Shown piece after piece: positions 17,299 to 27,227 of a stretch of 64,000 nucleotides of DNA (positions are counted from its first letter, which is position 1; each line of letters begins with the position of its first letter). Location: positions 814,251-878,250 of the forward strand of contig JBBCIQ010000004.1 in the NCBI GenBank assembly GCA_037190045.1. The letters are read 5' to 3'. The notes beneath the pieces were generated by a model. The model searched no databases, was not told the origin of the DNA, and worked only from the letters and a program-made list of their open reading frames with translations. Origin of the DNA: Bryobacteraceae bacterium. Its GTDB lineage: Bacteria > Acidobacteriota > Terriglobia > Bryobacterales > Bryobacteraceae. Position numbers and translations under genes: made by a program.

Positions 17299-18654
17299 AT
17301 GCAGATACTGATTGTTCTACTTCTTTCTTTGGTTCCGCTCTCTGCACAGTCACTGGAGGAGAGATATCGGGAGCCTGCATCAAAACTGATTGGCGCTGCC
17401 CTGACCAGCAATGCCGGCTATGACCGGCTGGCCTGGCTGTGTGACCGCATCGGTGCGCGGATCTCCAGTTCTCCGCAACTGGAAGAAGCTGTCCGGTGGT
17501 CTGCAGAAGAGATGCGGAAGGCGGGCCTCGAAAATGTCCGTACTCCTGAAGTGATGGTTCCGCGATGGGTGCGCGGGAAAGAATCCGCGCGGATTACTGC
17601 CCCCATCCAGCGTGACCTCTTCATGCTGGGGTTGGGAAACAGTGTGGGAACAGGTAAGGGAAGTGTCCGGGGGGAAGTGGTCTCTGTCCGTAATTTTGAT
17701 GAGCTGAAGGCTCTGGGTCGGGAGAAAGTAGCGGGCAAGATTGTCCTGTATAACGTCGAGTATCAGGGATACCGCCAGACTGTGGGATATCGGTCAGCAG
17801 GTCCCTCCCGTGCTGCCGAACTGGGTGCGATTGCTGTGCTGGTTCGTGCAGTGGGATCGGCTACGCTCCAGACTCCTCATACGGGATCTCTGAACTATGC
17901 CCCGAATCTTCCGAAGATTCCAGCTGCCAGTATCTCGATTGAGGATGCCCTGCTGATCCAGCGTCTGAGTGATTCCGGTGAAAAGGTGCAGGTGGAGCTT
18001 TCCATGGAGGCGCAAATGCATCCTCCGTCAAAATCCGCCAATGTGATCGGAGAAATTGTTGGCAGTGAAAAGCCGGAGGAAGTGGTTGTTGTGGGTGGGC
18101 ATCTGGATTCCTGGGATGTCGGGCAGGGGGCTCATGATGATGGAGCCGGGGTGATGGCTTCGCTGGAAGCTGTTGTCCTGATGAAGAAGCTGGGTCTGCG
18201 TCCGCGCCGGACCATCCGCGTGATCCTGTTTACCAATGAGGAAAATGGCCTCGCCGGAGGACGTGCATATAAGGATGAAGTGGGGGCTGCGGTAAAGAAT
18301 CATGTGGCAGCCATCGAAATGGATGGTGGTGCAGAACGGCCTGTCGGTTTTGGTCTGGGCGGTGGCGATCCCAAGCAGGTGGAGTTACTCAAACAGATCG
18401 GAAAGCTGCTGGATGGAATCGAAGCAGGCAATATTACTCTGGGAGGCGGCGGGGCTGATATCAGCCCTCTGATGAATGAAGGGGTTCCGGGGCTGGGGCT
18501 GCTGACTGTTGGTGAACATTATTTTGACTGGCACCATACTCACGCGGATACATTAGATAAGGTGAATCCCACAGAGTTCAAAAAGTGTACGGCTGCGCTG
18601 GCTGTCATGGCCTATGTTCTTGCCGATATGCCTGGAAAGTTGACGGATCAATAA
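17299..18654 (+). CDS. M28-family metallopeptidase with PA domain, secreted
   Basis: Signal peptide MQILIVLLLSLVPLSAQ. Zinc ligand blocks GGHLDSWDVGQGAHDDGAG and TNEENG. Confidence 0.85.
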   Translation: MQILIVLLLSLVPLSAQSLEERYREPASKLIGAALTSNAGYDRLAWLCDRIGARISSSPQLEEAVRWSAEEMRKAGLENVRTPEVMVPRWVRGKESARITAPIQRDLFMLGLGNSVGTGKGSVRGEVVSVRNFDELKALGREKVAGKIVLYNVEYQGYRQTVGYRSAGPSRAAELGAIAVLVRAVGSATLQTPHTGSLNYAPNLPKIPAASISIEDALLIQRLSDSGEKVQVELSMEAQMHPPSKSANVIGEIVGSEKPEEVVVVGGHLDSWDVGQGAHDDGAGVMASLEAVVLMKKLGLRPRRTIRVILFTNEENGLAGGRAYKDEVGAAVKNHVAAIEMDGGAERPVGFGLGGGDPKQVELLKQIGKLLDGIEAGNITLGGGGADISPLMNEGVPGLGLLTVGEHYFDWHHTHADTLDKVNPTEFKKCTAALAVMAYVLADMPGKLTDQ

Positions 18655-18660
18655 AACTCC

Positions 18661-20742
18661 ATGAATCGTGTTGCCGGCCTTGTTGTCTGGGGCATTGTCT
18701 CAATTGTTGCTGCCTTTGCATTGTCCGTGATTGCCCTGGACCGGGGGGAACCGGTCAATAGCATCTGGCTGGTTCTGGCCAGTGGTGGAATCTGGGCTAT
18801 CGGGTACCGCTTCTATGGAAAGTTCATTGCCGCCAAAGTCATGGCGCTGGATGATTCCCGAGCCACTCCGGCTGAACGTCTTCGCGATGGCCATGATTTT
18901 GAGCCAACGAATAAGTGGATTCTCTTCGGTCATCATTTTGCTGCTATTGCTGGTCCGGGCCCGCTGGTGGGTCCCACGCTGGCTGCCCAGTTCGGTTATC
19001 TCCCCGGAACGCTCTGGATCATCGCCGGATGTCTGCTGGGTGGAGCGGTTCAGGATTTCATCATTCTCTTCTGTTCCATGCGTCGCAATGGGAAATCTCT
19101 GGGACAGATGGCGCGCGAAGAGATCGGAAAAGTGGGGGGGATCATTGCACTGGTGACGGTCTTACTGATCATGATCATCCTGCTGGCTGTGGTGGCGCTG
19201 GTGGTGGTCAACGCATTGAAGGGATCTCCGTGGGGAACATTCACAATTGTGGCGACCATGCCCATTGCTGTTTTCATGGGGCTGTATCTTCGCTATTTCC
19301 GGCCAGGTCGCGTGTTGGAAGTTTCCGCCATCGGATTCCTGCTGGTGCTGGGAAGTATCTTCGGCGGTCAGATGGTTGCTGAAAGCCCTGCGCTGGCACC
19401 CTGGTTCACTTACGGTGGACCCGCGCTTGCTATTGGCATCATTATTTATGGGTTTGCCGCGAGTGCATTACCGGTCTGGCTGCTGCTGGCCCCCCGTGAC
19501 TATCTCTCCACATTTGTGAAGCTGGGCGTCGTCCTTCTGCTGGCAATCGGAATCCTGTTTGTCCGTCCGCAGATGGAACTTCCGGCCATTACGCAGTTTG
19601 TGGACGGGACGGGGCCAATTTTTGCCGGAAAGATCTTTCCCTTCTGTTTCATCACGATTGCGTGTGGGGCTATTTCCGGATTCCATGCCCTGATCAGTTC
19701 CGGCACGACACCAAAGATGATCGCCCGTGAATCCCATGCTCTTCCGGTAGGATATGGATCGATGCTGCTGGAAGGCTTCGTGGCCATCATGGCAATGGTG
19801 GCGGCGGGCGCATTGGAACCGGGTGTTTTCTTTGCCGTGAACTCTCCCGGTGGAATCGTGGGTGCCACTCCCGCTGCGGCGGTCCAGACGATCTCCAGCT
19901 GGGGATTCCCGGTAACCGTGGACCAGATGGAGCAGCTGGCAAAAGATGTTGGTGAATCCACGCTATTTGCCCGTACGGGTGGAGCTCCGTCGCTGGCACT
20001 GGGAATGGCGCATATTTTTTCTCAGGGACTCGCCATGCTTCCTGGCATCAGTCGGGGAATCCTGGGTTTCTGGTATCACTTCGCCATCATGTTTGAGGCC
20101 CTGTTCATCCTGACCATTATTGATGCAGGTACCCGTGTGGGCCGCTTCATGCTGCAGGATCTGCTGGGTAACATCTGGAAGCCACTGGGTCGCACCAACT
20201 GGATGCCCGGCGTGATTGGTACCAGCGCGGCTGTGGTTCTGGCGTGGGGATACTTCCTCTATCAGGGTGTGTTGGATCCACTGGGCGGGGTCAACACTCT
20301 CTGGCCGCTGTTTGGAATTGCCAACCAGTTACTGGCAAGCGTTGCCCTTTGCGTTGCCACGACCATTCTGATCAAGATGCACGGGGCAAAGTATATGTGG
20401 ATCACCTGCGTGCCGCTTTCGTGGCTGCTGGTTGTCTGCTACACCGCAGCCTGGCAGAAGATCTTTTCTGATGTTCCCCGGATCGGATTTCTGGCAAGAG
20501 CGCGCCAACTGGAAGGGCTGATCGCCGGAGGAACCCTTTCACCCGAGAAGATCGCGGAAAGCCAGCGTCTGATCTTCAATGAGAAGCTGGATGCTGCTAT
20601 CTGCGGAATCTTCCTGGTTCTGGTTACCGTGATTCTGGTGGACTCCGTCCGCCACTGGATTGCTCTCTTATCCGGGAAACAGGAGCGGGTGGTTCACGAG
20701 GCTCCTTACGTCCCGACCCAGCTCAAGCCGGAGGAGGTCTGA
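18661..20742 (+). CDS. cstA: Carbon starvation protein A (peptide/pyruvate transporter family)
   Basis: 693 aa and polytopic, with CstA N-terminal blocks FGHHFAAIAGPGPLVGP and ISGFHALISSGTTPKM. Confidence 0.93.
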   Translation: MNRVAGLVVWGIVSIVAAFALSVIALDRGEPVNSIWLVLASGGIWAIGYRFYGKFIAAKVMALDDSRATPAERLRDGHDFEPTNKWILFGHHFAAIAGPGPLVGPTLAAQFGYLPGTLWIIAGCLLGGAVQDFIILFCSMRRNGKSLGQMAREEIGKVGGIIALVTVLLIMIILLAVVALVVVNALKGSPWGTFTIVATMPIAVFMGLYLRYFRPGRVLEVSAIGFLLVLGSIFGGQMVAESPALAPWFTYGGPALAIGIIIYGFAASALPVWLLLAPRDYLSTFVKLGVVLLLAIGILFVRPQMELPAITQFVDGTGPIFAGKIFPFCFITIACGAISGFHALISSGTTPKMIARESHALPVGYGSMLLEGFVAIMAMVAAGALEPGVFFAVNSPGGIVGATPAAAVQTISSWGFPVTVDQMEQLAKDVGESTLFARTGGAPSLALGMAHIFSQGLAMLPGISRGILGFWYHFAIMFEALFILTIIDAGTRVGRFMLQDLLGNIWKPLGRTNWMPGVIGTSAAVVLAWGYFLYQGVLDPLGGVNTLWPLFGIANQLLASVALCVATTILIKMHGAKYMWITCVPLSWLLVVCYTAAWQKIFSDVPRIGFLARARQLEGLIAGGTLSPEKIAESQRLIFNEKLDAAICGIFLVLVTVILVDSVRHWIALLSGKQERVVHEAPYVPTQLKPEEV

Positions 20743-20909
20743 TGCGAACTTTCTGGGGTATCCTCATCGGACTGCTGAAGGAACTGGCAGACGAAAACGC
20801 CTACCAGCGGCACCTGAAATGGCACGGCGTCACTCACTCACCTGCGGAGTGGCGTCGTTTTTCGGAAGCCCGGATGCGTTCCAAGTACGCCCGGGCGAAG
20901 TGCTGTTAA
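20742..20909 (+). CDS. YbdD/YjiX-family small protein (CstA-associated)
   Basis: Hand-translated 55-aa ORF MRTFWGILIGLLKELADENAYQRHLKWHGVTHSPAEWRRFSEARMRSKYARAKCC. Its ATG overlaps the cstA TGA (TGATG). The C-terminal CC and the position after cstA match E. coli YbdD. It is absent from the ORF track because it is under 60 aa. Confidence 0.8.
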   Translation: MRTFWGILIGLLKELADENAYQRHLKWHGVTHSPAEWRRFSEARMRSKYARAKCC

Positions 20910-21206
20910 CCAGGCTGTCATCCTTCCGGGTACAGCTTTCTCAGCCGGTCACAACGAATTCGAAATACTCCTGCTCCGTTCGACTCTCTCCTTTTGCCGT
21001 TCGACCCAGCTTATGAACCTGTCGCTGAATTAGAGGTATTGCTAATACTGATATAATGTTTTACATGTTCGCTGATCGCGACAGGGTATTTGCTTCCTCA
21101 AACAGAGGAATGTGTTCTTGCTTTTCTGGATTTCCCGCCTCCGGATGGTTCAACTGAAAACGAAAAACCAAATTGATGTAAACACGAGGTAAGCTTTTTT
21201 AACTGC

Positions 21207-21677
21207 ATGAAGAAACTGATGACACAGATCCTGATCGGCATGGGGGTTTTTGCCATGACGCCGGGAATCGTCGGTCACAGCGCCGAAACCAGACCGGATT
21301 TCCGACTTGTTCGCCTACAGCAATTTTTCGAGCAGAAGAGGGCTCCGATTCAACACTTGGCTCCTGACTTCATTGAAGCAGCAGACAGACATGATCTTGA
21401 CTGGCGCCTGCTCCCTGGTATTTCTATCGTGGAATCCAGTGGGGGCAAGTATAAGAAAAATAATAATATCTTTGGATGGGGCAATGGGGATCGCAAGTTC
21501 CCGACTGTCCGCCATGGCATTTATACCGTGGCGAATAATCTTTCCACTTCAAAGTACTATCGCAACAAGGATACCGACCGTATTCTCAAGACCTACAACC
21601 CACGTCCTGAATACCTGAAGAGGGTTCGCGAGGTGATGTCTGAGATCGGACCGGATCCGGAAGACACTTCAGACTAA
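21207..21677 (+). CDS. Secreted lysozyme-like / glucosaminidase(GH73)-like domain protein
   Basis: Signal peptide. The block LLPGISIVESSGGKYKKNNNIFGWG resembles the E-S-x-x-G...NN-x-FG core of glucosaminidase domains. Weak, motif-only call. Confidence 0.45.
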   Translation: MKKLMTQILIGMGVFAMTPGIVGHSAETRPDFRLVRLQQFFEQKRAPIQHLAPDFIEAADRHDLDWRLLPGISIVESSGGKYKKNNNIFGWGNGDRKFPTVRHGIYTVANNLSTSKYYRNKDTDRILKTYNPRPEYLKRVREVMSEIGPDPEDTSD

Positions 21678-21684
21678 GGTCTTT

Positions 21685-24099
21685 TCATTCTGTTCGCAGC
21701 GCCTCAGCGGGGTCAATTCTGACGGCACGGCGAACAGGAAACCAGGCCGCACCCACCGCGATCAGAACCACACTGAGCAGCATCAGGGCGAACAGCCCTG
21801 GCTCAAGTGGGGTGACTCCGTAAAGCATCGATTCCAGAATTCTCGCCAGAATCAGTACCCCTCCGACCCCGATTCCTACTCCCAAAACTGTCAGTCGCAG
21901 AGCGTAGCCCAGAATCAGCTGACGGATATTTTCGGATTGTGCTCCTAATGCCATGCGAATTCCAATCTCCTGCCGTCGTCGGGTGACCTGAAATGTCACC
22001 AGTCCCAGAAGACCGATAGCGGCGATCAGCGTGGCCAGAATGCTGAAGCTTCCTGCGAGTGAGGCCAGTGTCCGGGGACGACCGATGGAGTTTTCATATT
22101 CCATCTCCAGTGTTTTCATGTTCAGAATGGGGAGATCGGGATTGAAGTTTCGGAATGCTTCCCGAACGGGAGTGAACATCTGTTCCGGACGAACCTGCGT
22201 CCGGAGGATCAGATTAAGATTGGAAGTGTAGGACTGATTCAGGGCATGGTAAAAGATGGGAACCACCGGATTACTTACGCTCCTGATGCGAGCATCCTTT
22301 ACGACGCCGATCACTTCTGCAGTCCTGACGCGCTGTGGTTTCCGTCCGATCTCTACGCTTCGGCCAACCGCATCCTGATGGGGAAACGCCTGTCGGGCGA
22401 ACTCTTCATTGATCAGAATCACGGCCGGAGCCTTTTCCTGGTCCTGTTCTGAAAAATATCGTCCCCGCAGCAGAGGAAGCCCCACCGTCTCAAAAAATCC
22501 CGGAGAAACGATATTGAAATCGATAACATCCCGATTCCCAGTGGTCAGGGACTGGCCGTTCACCCGGATAAAGTTTGCTCCTTGAATGGGGTTCAGTGGC
22601 GAATTCAGAGCCAGATCAACAGATACAACACCCGGCAGATTGCGCAGCCGCTCCAGTAACTGAGTATAAAAAATCCGTCCCTGATCATCGGTATACCCTT
22701 CAGGCGCAAGATCCAGTGATGCTATCAGAAGCTTGTTTTCCTCATAGCCGATGTCCACGGTCTGCAAATTTTTCAGCGTAGTGCCAAACAGAAGGGCGCC
22801 GAAGATCAGAATGGAGCACATGGCAATCTGAAGAGAGATCAGAAACCCTCGCAACCTGGTTCCACCCAGATCCCCTGTGTTTGTTCGGTTCACCAGCGCA
22901 TGGTTGAGATCCATGCGGGTGGCTCGGAGGGCAGGGATCATTCCAGCCAGAAGAGCAGCAGCGATAGAAAGCGCAAGCACGAACAAAACAATACGTCCAT
23001 CGATTTCCGGTGTGATATCTGCCATCAGAACTGTGGGGAATTTCGTTGCTAACAGGATGAGTCCCTGAGCCAGAAGAAGGCCCAGCACACTTCCAGTAAT
23101 ACAAAGTATGGAATTCTCGAACAACAACTGTCCCATCAGACGCCGCCGTGAGGCACCCAGCGCTGTCCGGACACTGAACTCCCGGAAGCGGGATGCCGAC
23201 CATGCCAGCATCAGGTTTGCTACATTGGCGCAGCACATCAGAAAGACAAATCCTACCAGCCCAAGCGCAATTGCCAGGTGCTTCTTTACATCCTCAATTC
23301 CAAACGTGCTGAGGCGGTTGTCTGGTAGAGGAATGATCCCCACGGAGTAGTCCCGGTTGATTTCGGGATATGTGTCTGCCAGATATGCAGCAACGGGTTT
23401 CAATGCAGCTTCGGCAGATTGTGCTGTCATGCCAGCAGACAGACGGGAAGTAACAGAGAGCCATGGAATTTCCCGCATGTTGAGCAGTTTCTGTCCCTTC
23501 ATGACCTGAAGATTTTCATCGGCAAGAGGGACCCAGAGTTTGCTCTTCGCATGATGGGTTAGTCCCGTAAACTTTTCTGGAGCCACTCCGATGACAGTAA
23601 ATGGTCGGCGATCAATGCGGATTTGACGCCCGATGATACCTGGATCAGAAGCGAAGTGGCTGGTCCATAGATCCCAGCTGAGAACGGTAACGGATGGTGG
23701 ATCATCCTTCTGGAAAAATCGACCCAATGTTGGCCTGATGCCCAGCACTGGAAAGAACTGAGGGTCCACCAGCTGTCCCTGCATGGATTCGGGACTTCTC
23801 TGAGGAAGTGCCACGTTGAATCCCATACGCGTCCAGATAGTGGCACCGCTGAAAACACCTGGCTTGGCCAGCAGATCTTGCGCATTCAGGAAAGAGAGAT
23901 GGTTATACGGATATCCTTTGGCATTCTTACGGAAGGAGTAGACATTGACCAGTTCATGCTCTTTTTCGACGGGGAGGGGCTTCAGGAGCAGAGCATCCAG
24001 GATGGAATATACGGCTGTCGTTAAGCCGATACCCAATGCAAGCGAGAGAATGGCAGCCGTAGAAAATCCACGATTCCGGATGAGGGCACGGAGGGTCAT
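21685..24099 (-). CDS. ADOP-family duplicated FtsX/MacB-like permease (no adjacent ATPase)
   Basis: 804 aa with two FtsX 4-TM modules, each preceded by a MacB-like extracytoplasmic domain. The C-terminus ends RRAVRIDPAEALRTE, typical of this acidobacterial family. Confidence 0.88.
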   Translation of the reverse strand: MTLRALIRNRGFSTAAILSLALGIGLTTAVYSILDALLLKPLPVEKEHELVNVYSFRKNAKGYPYNHLSFLNAQDLLAKPGVFSGATIWTRMGFNVALPQRSPESMQGQLVDPQFFPVLGIRPTLGRFFQKDDPPSVTVLSWDLWTSHFASDPGIIGRQIRIDRRPFTVIGVAPEKFTGLTHHAKSKLWVPLADENLQVMKGQKLLNMREIPWLSVTSRLSAGMTAQSAEAALKPVAAYLADTYPEINRDYSVGIIPLPDNRLSTFGIEDVKKHLAIALGLVGFVFLMCCANVANLMLAWSASRFREFSVRTALGASRRRLMGQLLFENSILCITGSVLGLLLAQGLILLATKFPTVLMADITPEIDGRIVLFVLALSIAAALLAGMIPALRATRMDLNHALVNRTNTGDLGGTRLRGFLISLQIAMCSILIFGALLFGTTLKNLQTVDIGYEENKLLIASLDLAPEGYTDDQGRIFYTQLLERLRNLPGVVSVDLALNSPLNPIQGANFIRVNGQSLTTGNRDVIDFNIVSPGFFETVGLPLLRGRYFSEQDQEKAPAVILINEEFARQAFPHQDAVGRSVEIGRKPQRVRTAEVIGVVKDARIRSVSNPVVPIFYHALNQSYTSNLNLILRTQVRPEQMFTPVREAFRNFNPDLPILNMKTLEMEYENSIGRPRTLASLAGSFSILATLIAAIGLLGLVTFQVTRRRQEIGIRMALGAQSENIRQLILGYALRLTVLGVGIGVGGVLILARILESMLYGVTPLEPGLFALMLLSVVLIAVGAAWFPVRRAVRIDPAEALRTE

Positions 24100-24147
24100 C
24101 GTGCAAACAAGATATCGGAATCAGTGAAGGAGGAGAAGGGTTGACCG

Positions 24148-25464
24148 TCAGGCCAGCCCCATCCGTTCCAGCTTGCGATACAGGGTTTTCCGCTCGATGC
24201 CGAGAATCTTGGCTGCCCGGCTCTTGTTATTATTTGCTGCAGCCATGACGCGGCGGATCTGCTCTGCTTCCGTATCGGCCAGGGTGTCCCCCGCATCACC
24301 GGACTGGGTGGTACGCAGAGTTTCCCGCACTGCCGCCTCGTCAATCTTTCCCTGCGTTGCCAGGATCACCAGTCGCTCCATGGTGTGTTGCAACTGGCGC
24401 ACATTGCCCGGCCAGGTATAGTCTTCAAGTGTGCGCAGACCGGAATCCATCAATCGTGCGGACTGGTTGTAACGCTCGTTATAACGGCGCAGAAAGAACT
24501 GAGCCAGCAGTCCGCTGTCGCCCCGGCGTTCCCGAAGCGGCGGCAACTGGATGGGGACGACATTCAGACGGAACCAGAGATCTTCCCGAAATTTTTCATC
24601 ATCTACCAGCTTCCTCATGTCGCGGTTGGTTGCTGCCACCACTCGCACATCCACTGGTTTGGAACGGGATGCACCGACGGGTCGAACCTCTTTTTCCTGC
24701 AGGAAACGCAGCAGCTTGAGCTGAAATCCGCTGTCGATGTCGCCGATCTCGTCCAGGAAGACGGTTCCACGATGTGCCGATTCAAAGACACCCATTCTGT
24801 CGCGGTCCGCGCCGGTGTAGCTGCCACGCAGGGCTCCGAATAGTTCACTTTCCAACAAACTGGTGGGGATGGCTCCACAATCCACTGGAACAAAAGGTTG
24901 GTTCGTCCGCAGAGAGTTCTGGTGAATCATGCGCGCGATGATCTCTTTTCCGGTTCCGGTTTCTCCTTCGATCAGGACGGTTGCATCGGTGGGTGCCACG
25001 CGGGAGATGGTCTTGTAGATCTCCACCATCTGTGCCGATGCGCCGATCAGTTCTGTTTCCGGAAGATCGAGATCGTCCTCTTCTTCCTCATCGTCTGGTT
25101 GAAGGGATGCTTCAGCCTTGCGGACCAGTTCCAGCAGGGCATTCAGTTCGAAGGGCTTGGCGATGTAGTCAAATGCACCGTTGCGGGTTGCTGCCATGAC
25201 GGTTTCCATGGAGCCGCGTCCGGTCATCAGAATGACGGCACAGTTCGGATTCGTCTGTCGGGCAGCATGCAGGACATCCAGTCCGGTTTTGTCATCGATA
25301 TAGATATCAGTGACTACCAGCGGATAAGCGGTTTCCGACAGCTTTTTCAGCGCGGCTTTCGTGGAAGAGACAGCATCCACCGGATAACCTTCCATTTCCA
25401 GAAGGGTGGTGACTGTTGAACGAACGTTCGGATCATCTTCCACGATCAGCAGTTGCGGCTTCAT
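24148..25464 (-). CDS. Sigma-54-dependent response regulator (NtrC family)
   Basis: Receiver domain (LVVTDIYIDD), GETGTGKE, ESELFGA, GSYTGA loop, HTH AAKILGIERKTLYRKL. Confidence 0.92.
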   Translation of the reverse strand: MKPQLLIVEDDPNVRSTVTTLLEMEGYPVDAVSSTKAALKKLSETAYPLVVTDIYIDDKTGLDVLHAARQTNPNCAVILMTGRGSMETVMAATRNGAFDYIAKPFELNALLELVRKAEASLQPDDEEEEDDLDLPETELIGASAQMVEIYKTISRVAPTDATVLIEGETGTGKEIIARMIHQNSLRTNQPFVPVDCGAIPTSLLESELFGALRGSYTGADRDRMGVFESAHRGTVFLDEIGDIDSGFQLKLLRFLQEKEVRPVGASRSKPVDVRVVAATNRDMRKLVDDEKFREDLWFRLNVVPIQLPPLRERRGDSGLLAQFFLRRYNERYNQSARLMDSGLRTLEDYTWPGNVRQLQHTMERLVILATQGKIDEAAVRETLRTTQSGDAGDTLADTEAEQIRRVMAAANNNKSRAAKILGIERKTLYRKLERMGLA

Positions 25465-25472
25465 GACGATAT

Positions 25473-27227
25473 TCAGACTTCCCTTGCAACGGTATCAGAC
25501 TGCACCGGCAATACTATTGTGAAACAGGAACCTTCTCCCAGCTTGCTGGCGACTTCCAGCTTTCCTCCGTGCTGGCTCACGATCTCCCGGACGATGGACA
25601 GGCCGATCCCGGTTCCCTGAATGCCGGAGTCCTCCGCATGGCGTGTCCGGAAGAAACGATTGCCCAGTTTGCTCAGATCCTTTTGTGCGATCCCCATTCC
25701 CTGATCCTTCACCGAAAAGCGGTATGTTCCTTTAGCCTGAGACGCAGACAACTGGATTTCAGTTTCCTCCGGAGAGTATTTCACTGCATTGGTCAACAGA
25801 TTATATAGCGCAAACTCCATCAGTTCCCGGTCCCCCCGAAGGGTGATCTCATCTCCGGAATCTGTTAGCAGTGTCTGCTGTTTCTGTTCCAGCAAGGCGG
25901 CTACCCGGAGAGAACACGTCCTGAGAACGTCACTCATGGAAAAGTCAGCCTGCTTCAATTCGATCTGCCCGGAAGAGAGGCGCTCGACATCCAGAAAGGA
26001 CTGGATCATCTGCGCCAGCCGTTTTGATTCCGAATGGATCATATCGGCGATCTGTTTCTGTTTGTCTGCCGGAAGACTGTAGCGGGTCATCAGTTCACTG
26101 GATCCCTGGATGGCAGTCAGGGGACTCCGCATTTCGTGCGTCACCCAGTGAATCGCCTGCTGATATCGGGAGCGGTCTGTCTCCGCACGCGCGAGGTTCA
26201 TGCGCGTCGCACGATACTGAAGTGTTGCTGCGGTTAATCCTGGTAACCATGCAGCAAGGGCGATTCCGCTTCCGGGAACAATCAGATCATTTCGGAACAG
26301 GACGAAAGGCAGAGCATGTGCCAGCAGGATCACTGCCGCTCCTGCTGCATAACCTGCCCAGCGGATGGCAGCGACTGTCGAGGCAGCAATCAGCAGCATA
26401 ATTGCCAGAACAGATGTCAGGGAAAGATCAGTACGGAATCGGCCTTCACGAAAAGTTTCATATAACTGAGCATGGATCTCCACACCCGGCATCATGATTC
26501 CCAGCGGCGTCATGAGTCTATCGCGTGCTGCCGTCAGGGGAGTTGCTCCAATAAAGATCGTCTTGCCTTCCAGCTTTGCCAGATCCAGTTGAGACGCGGA
26601 CATGCGGGGCAGCTCTTCCGAAAAAGCGATGCGCACATCCGTAGCCGGGATCATGCGTCCATTCCAGTTCACTGTGTTTCCGGATTCCAGAGGAATGGTT
26701 CCGGGGGAGAGGGCTTCCAGTGCCATCGCCCACCGTCGAGTTCTGCCGGCAACCTTGGACAAGGAGATCTCACGACACACCGGATCAGGATTTGCATGGA
26801 CGTGACCGAGAGCGCTGGCTGATTGGCTGAATGCGGGGATGGGGTCCTGCCAGCCGGAACCATCCTGTGCGATATCGGTAGCGAGAACCAGGTGATTGAT
26901 CTGCGCCATGGCCTGTGCCAGTCTGCGGTCTTCCTGTGCATCACCTGCGTCAGCCAGTGTGAAGTCGATAGCAACTGCGGATGTCCGGATGGTGGCGATC
27001 TGTTCCAGTGTTTGTGCGAGCACAGAACGAAGCGCGCGCATGCCTCCATTCTTCTGCAGTGTTGTTTCATCAATTGCGATCACCACTGCCTGAGGTTCTG
27101 TGCGGACAATCGGGAAGAGGCGGCACATCCAGTCATAGAGGGCATTGTCGAGGTTGGTGGAAACAGGCATCCAGGAAATGAGAATGGACGCCAGCAATGC
27201 CGCAGCAGGATACAGCCAGTACTTCAT
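25473..27227 (-). CDS. CHASE2-domain sensor histidine kinase
   Basis: N-terminal TM followed by a CHASE2-like extracytoplasmic region and three TM helices. H-box THEMRSPLTAIQG, N-box YNLLTNAVKY, G-boxes DQGMGI and GTGIGL. Confidence 0.85.
   Translation of the reverse strand: MKYWLYPAAALLASILISWMPVSTNLDNALYDWMCRLFPIVRTEPQAVVIAIDETTLQKNGGMRALRSVLAQTLEQIATIRTSAVAIDFTLADAGDAQEDRRLAQAMAQINHLVLATDIAQDGSGWQDPIPAFSQSASALGHVHANPDPVCREISLSKVAGRTRRWAMALEALSPGTIPLESGNTVNWNGRMIPATDVRIAFSEELPRMSASQLDLAKLEGKTIFIGATPLTAARDRLMTPLGIMMPGVEIHAQLYETFREGRFRTDLSLTSVLAIMLLIAASTVAAIRWAGYAAGAAVILLAHALPFVLFRNDLIVPGSGIALAAWLPGLTAATLQYRATRMNLARAETDRSRYQQAIHWVTHEMRSPLTAIQGSSELMTRYSLPADKQKQIADMIHSESKRLAQMIQSFLDVERLSSGQIELKQADFSMSDVLRTCSLRVAALLEQKQQTLLTDSGDEITLRGDRELMEFALYNLLTNAVKYSPEETEIQLSASQAKGTYRFSVKDQGMGIAQKDLSKLGNRFFRTRHAEDSGIQGTGIGLSIVREIVSQHGGKLEVASKLGEGSCFTIVLPVQSDTVAREV

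Noticed and set aside
20660-21016. A 118-aa ORF overlapping the cstA 3' end and the intergenic region.
   Set aside because: It has an Arg/Ser-rich, low-complexity translation in a different frame from the YbdD-like ORF. The YbdD-like ORF has a clear family resemblance and start/stop coupling to cstA.
21106-21121. AGGAAT-N6-TTGC, considered as a sigma-54 promoter for the lysozyme-like gene (a possible target of the second activator).
   Set aside because: The GG-to-GC distance is 13 rather than 12 nt, and the -24 element lacks the TGGCAC core. Sigma-54 promoters do not tolerate altered spacing.
24100-24147. The gap upstream of the ADOP permease, examined for a sigma-54 promoter (it contains TTTGCAC on the minus strand).
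   Set aside because: There is no GG dinucleotide 12 nt upstream of the GC, where the sequence is CGA. The element would also sit only 2 nt from the ATG.
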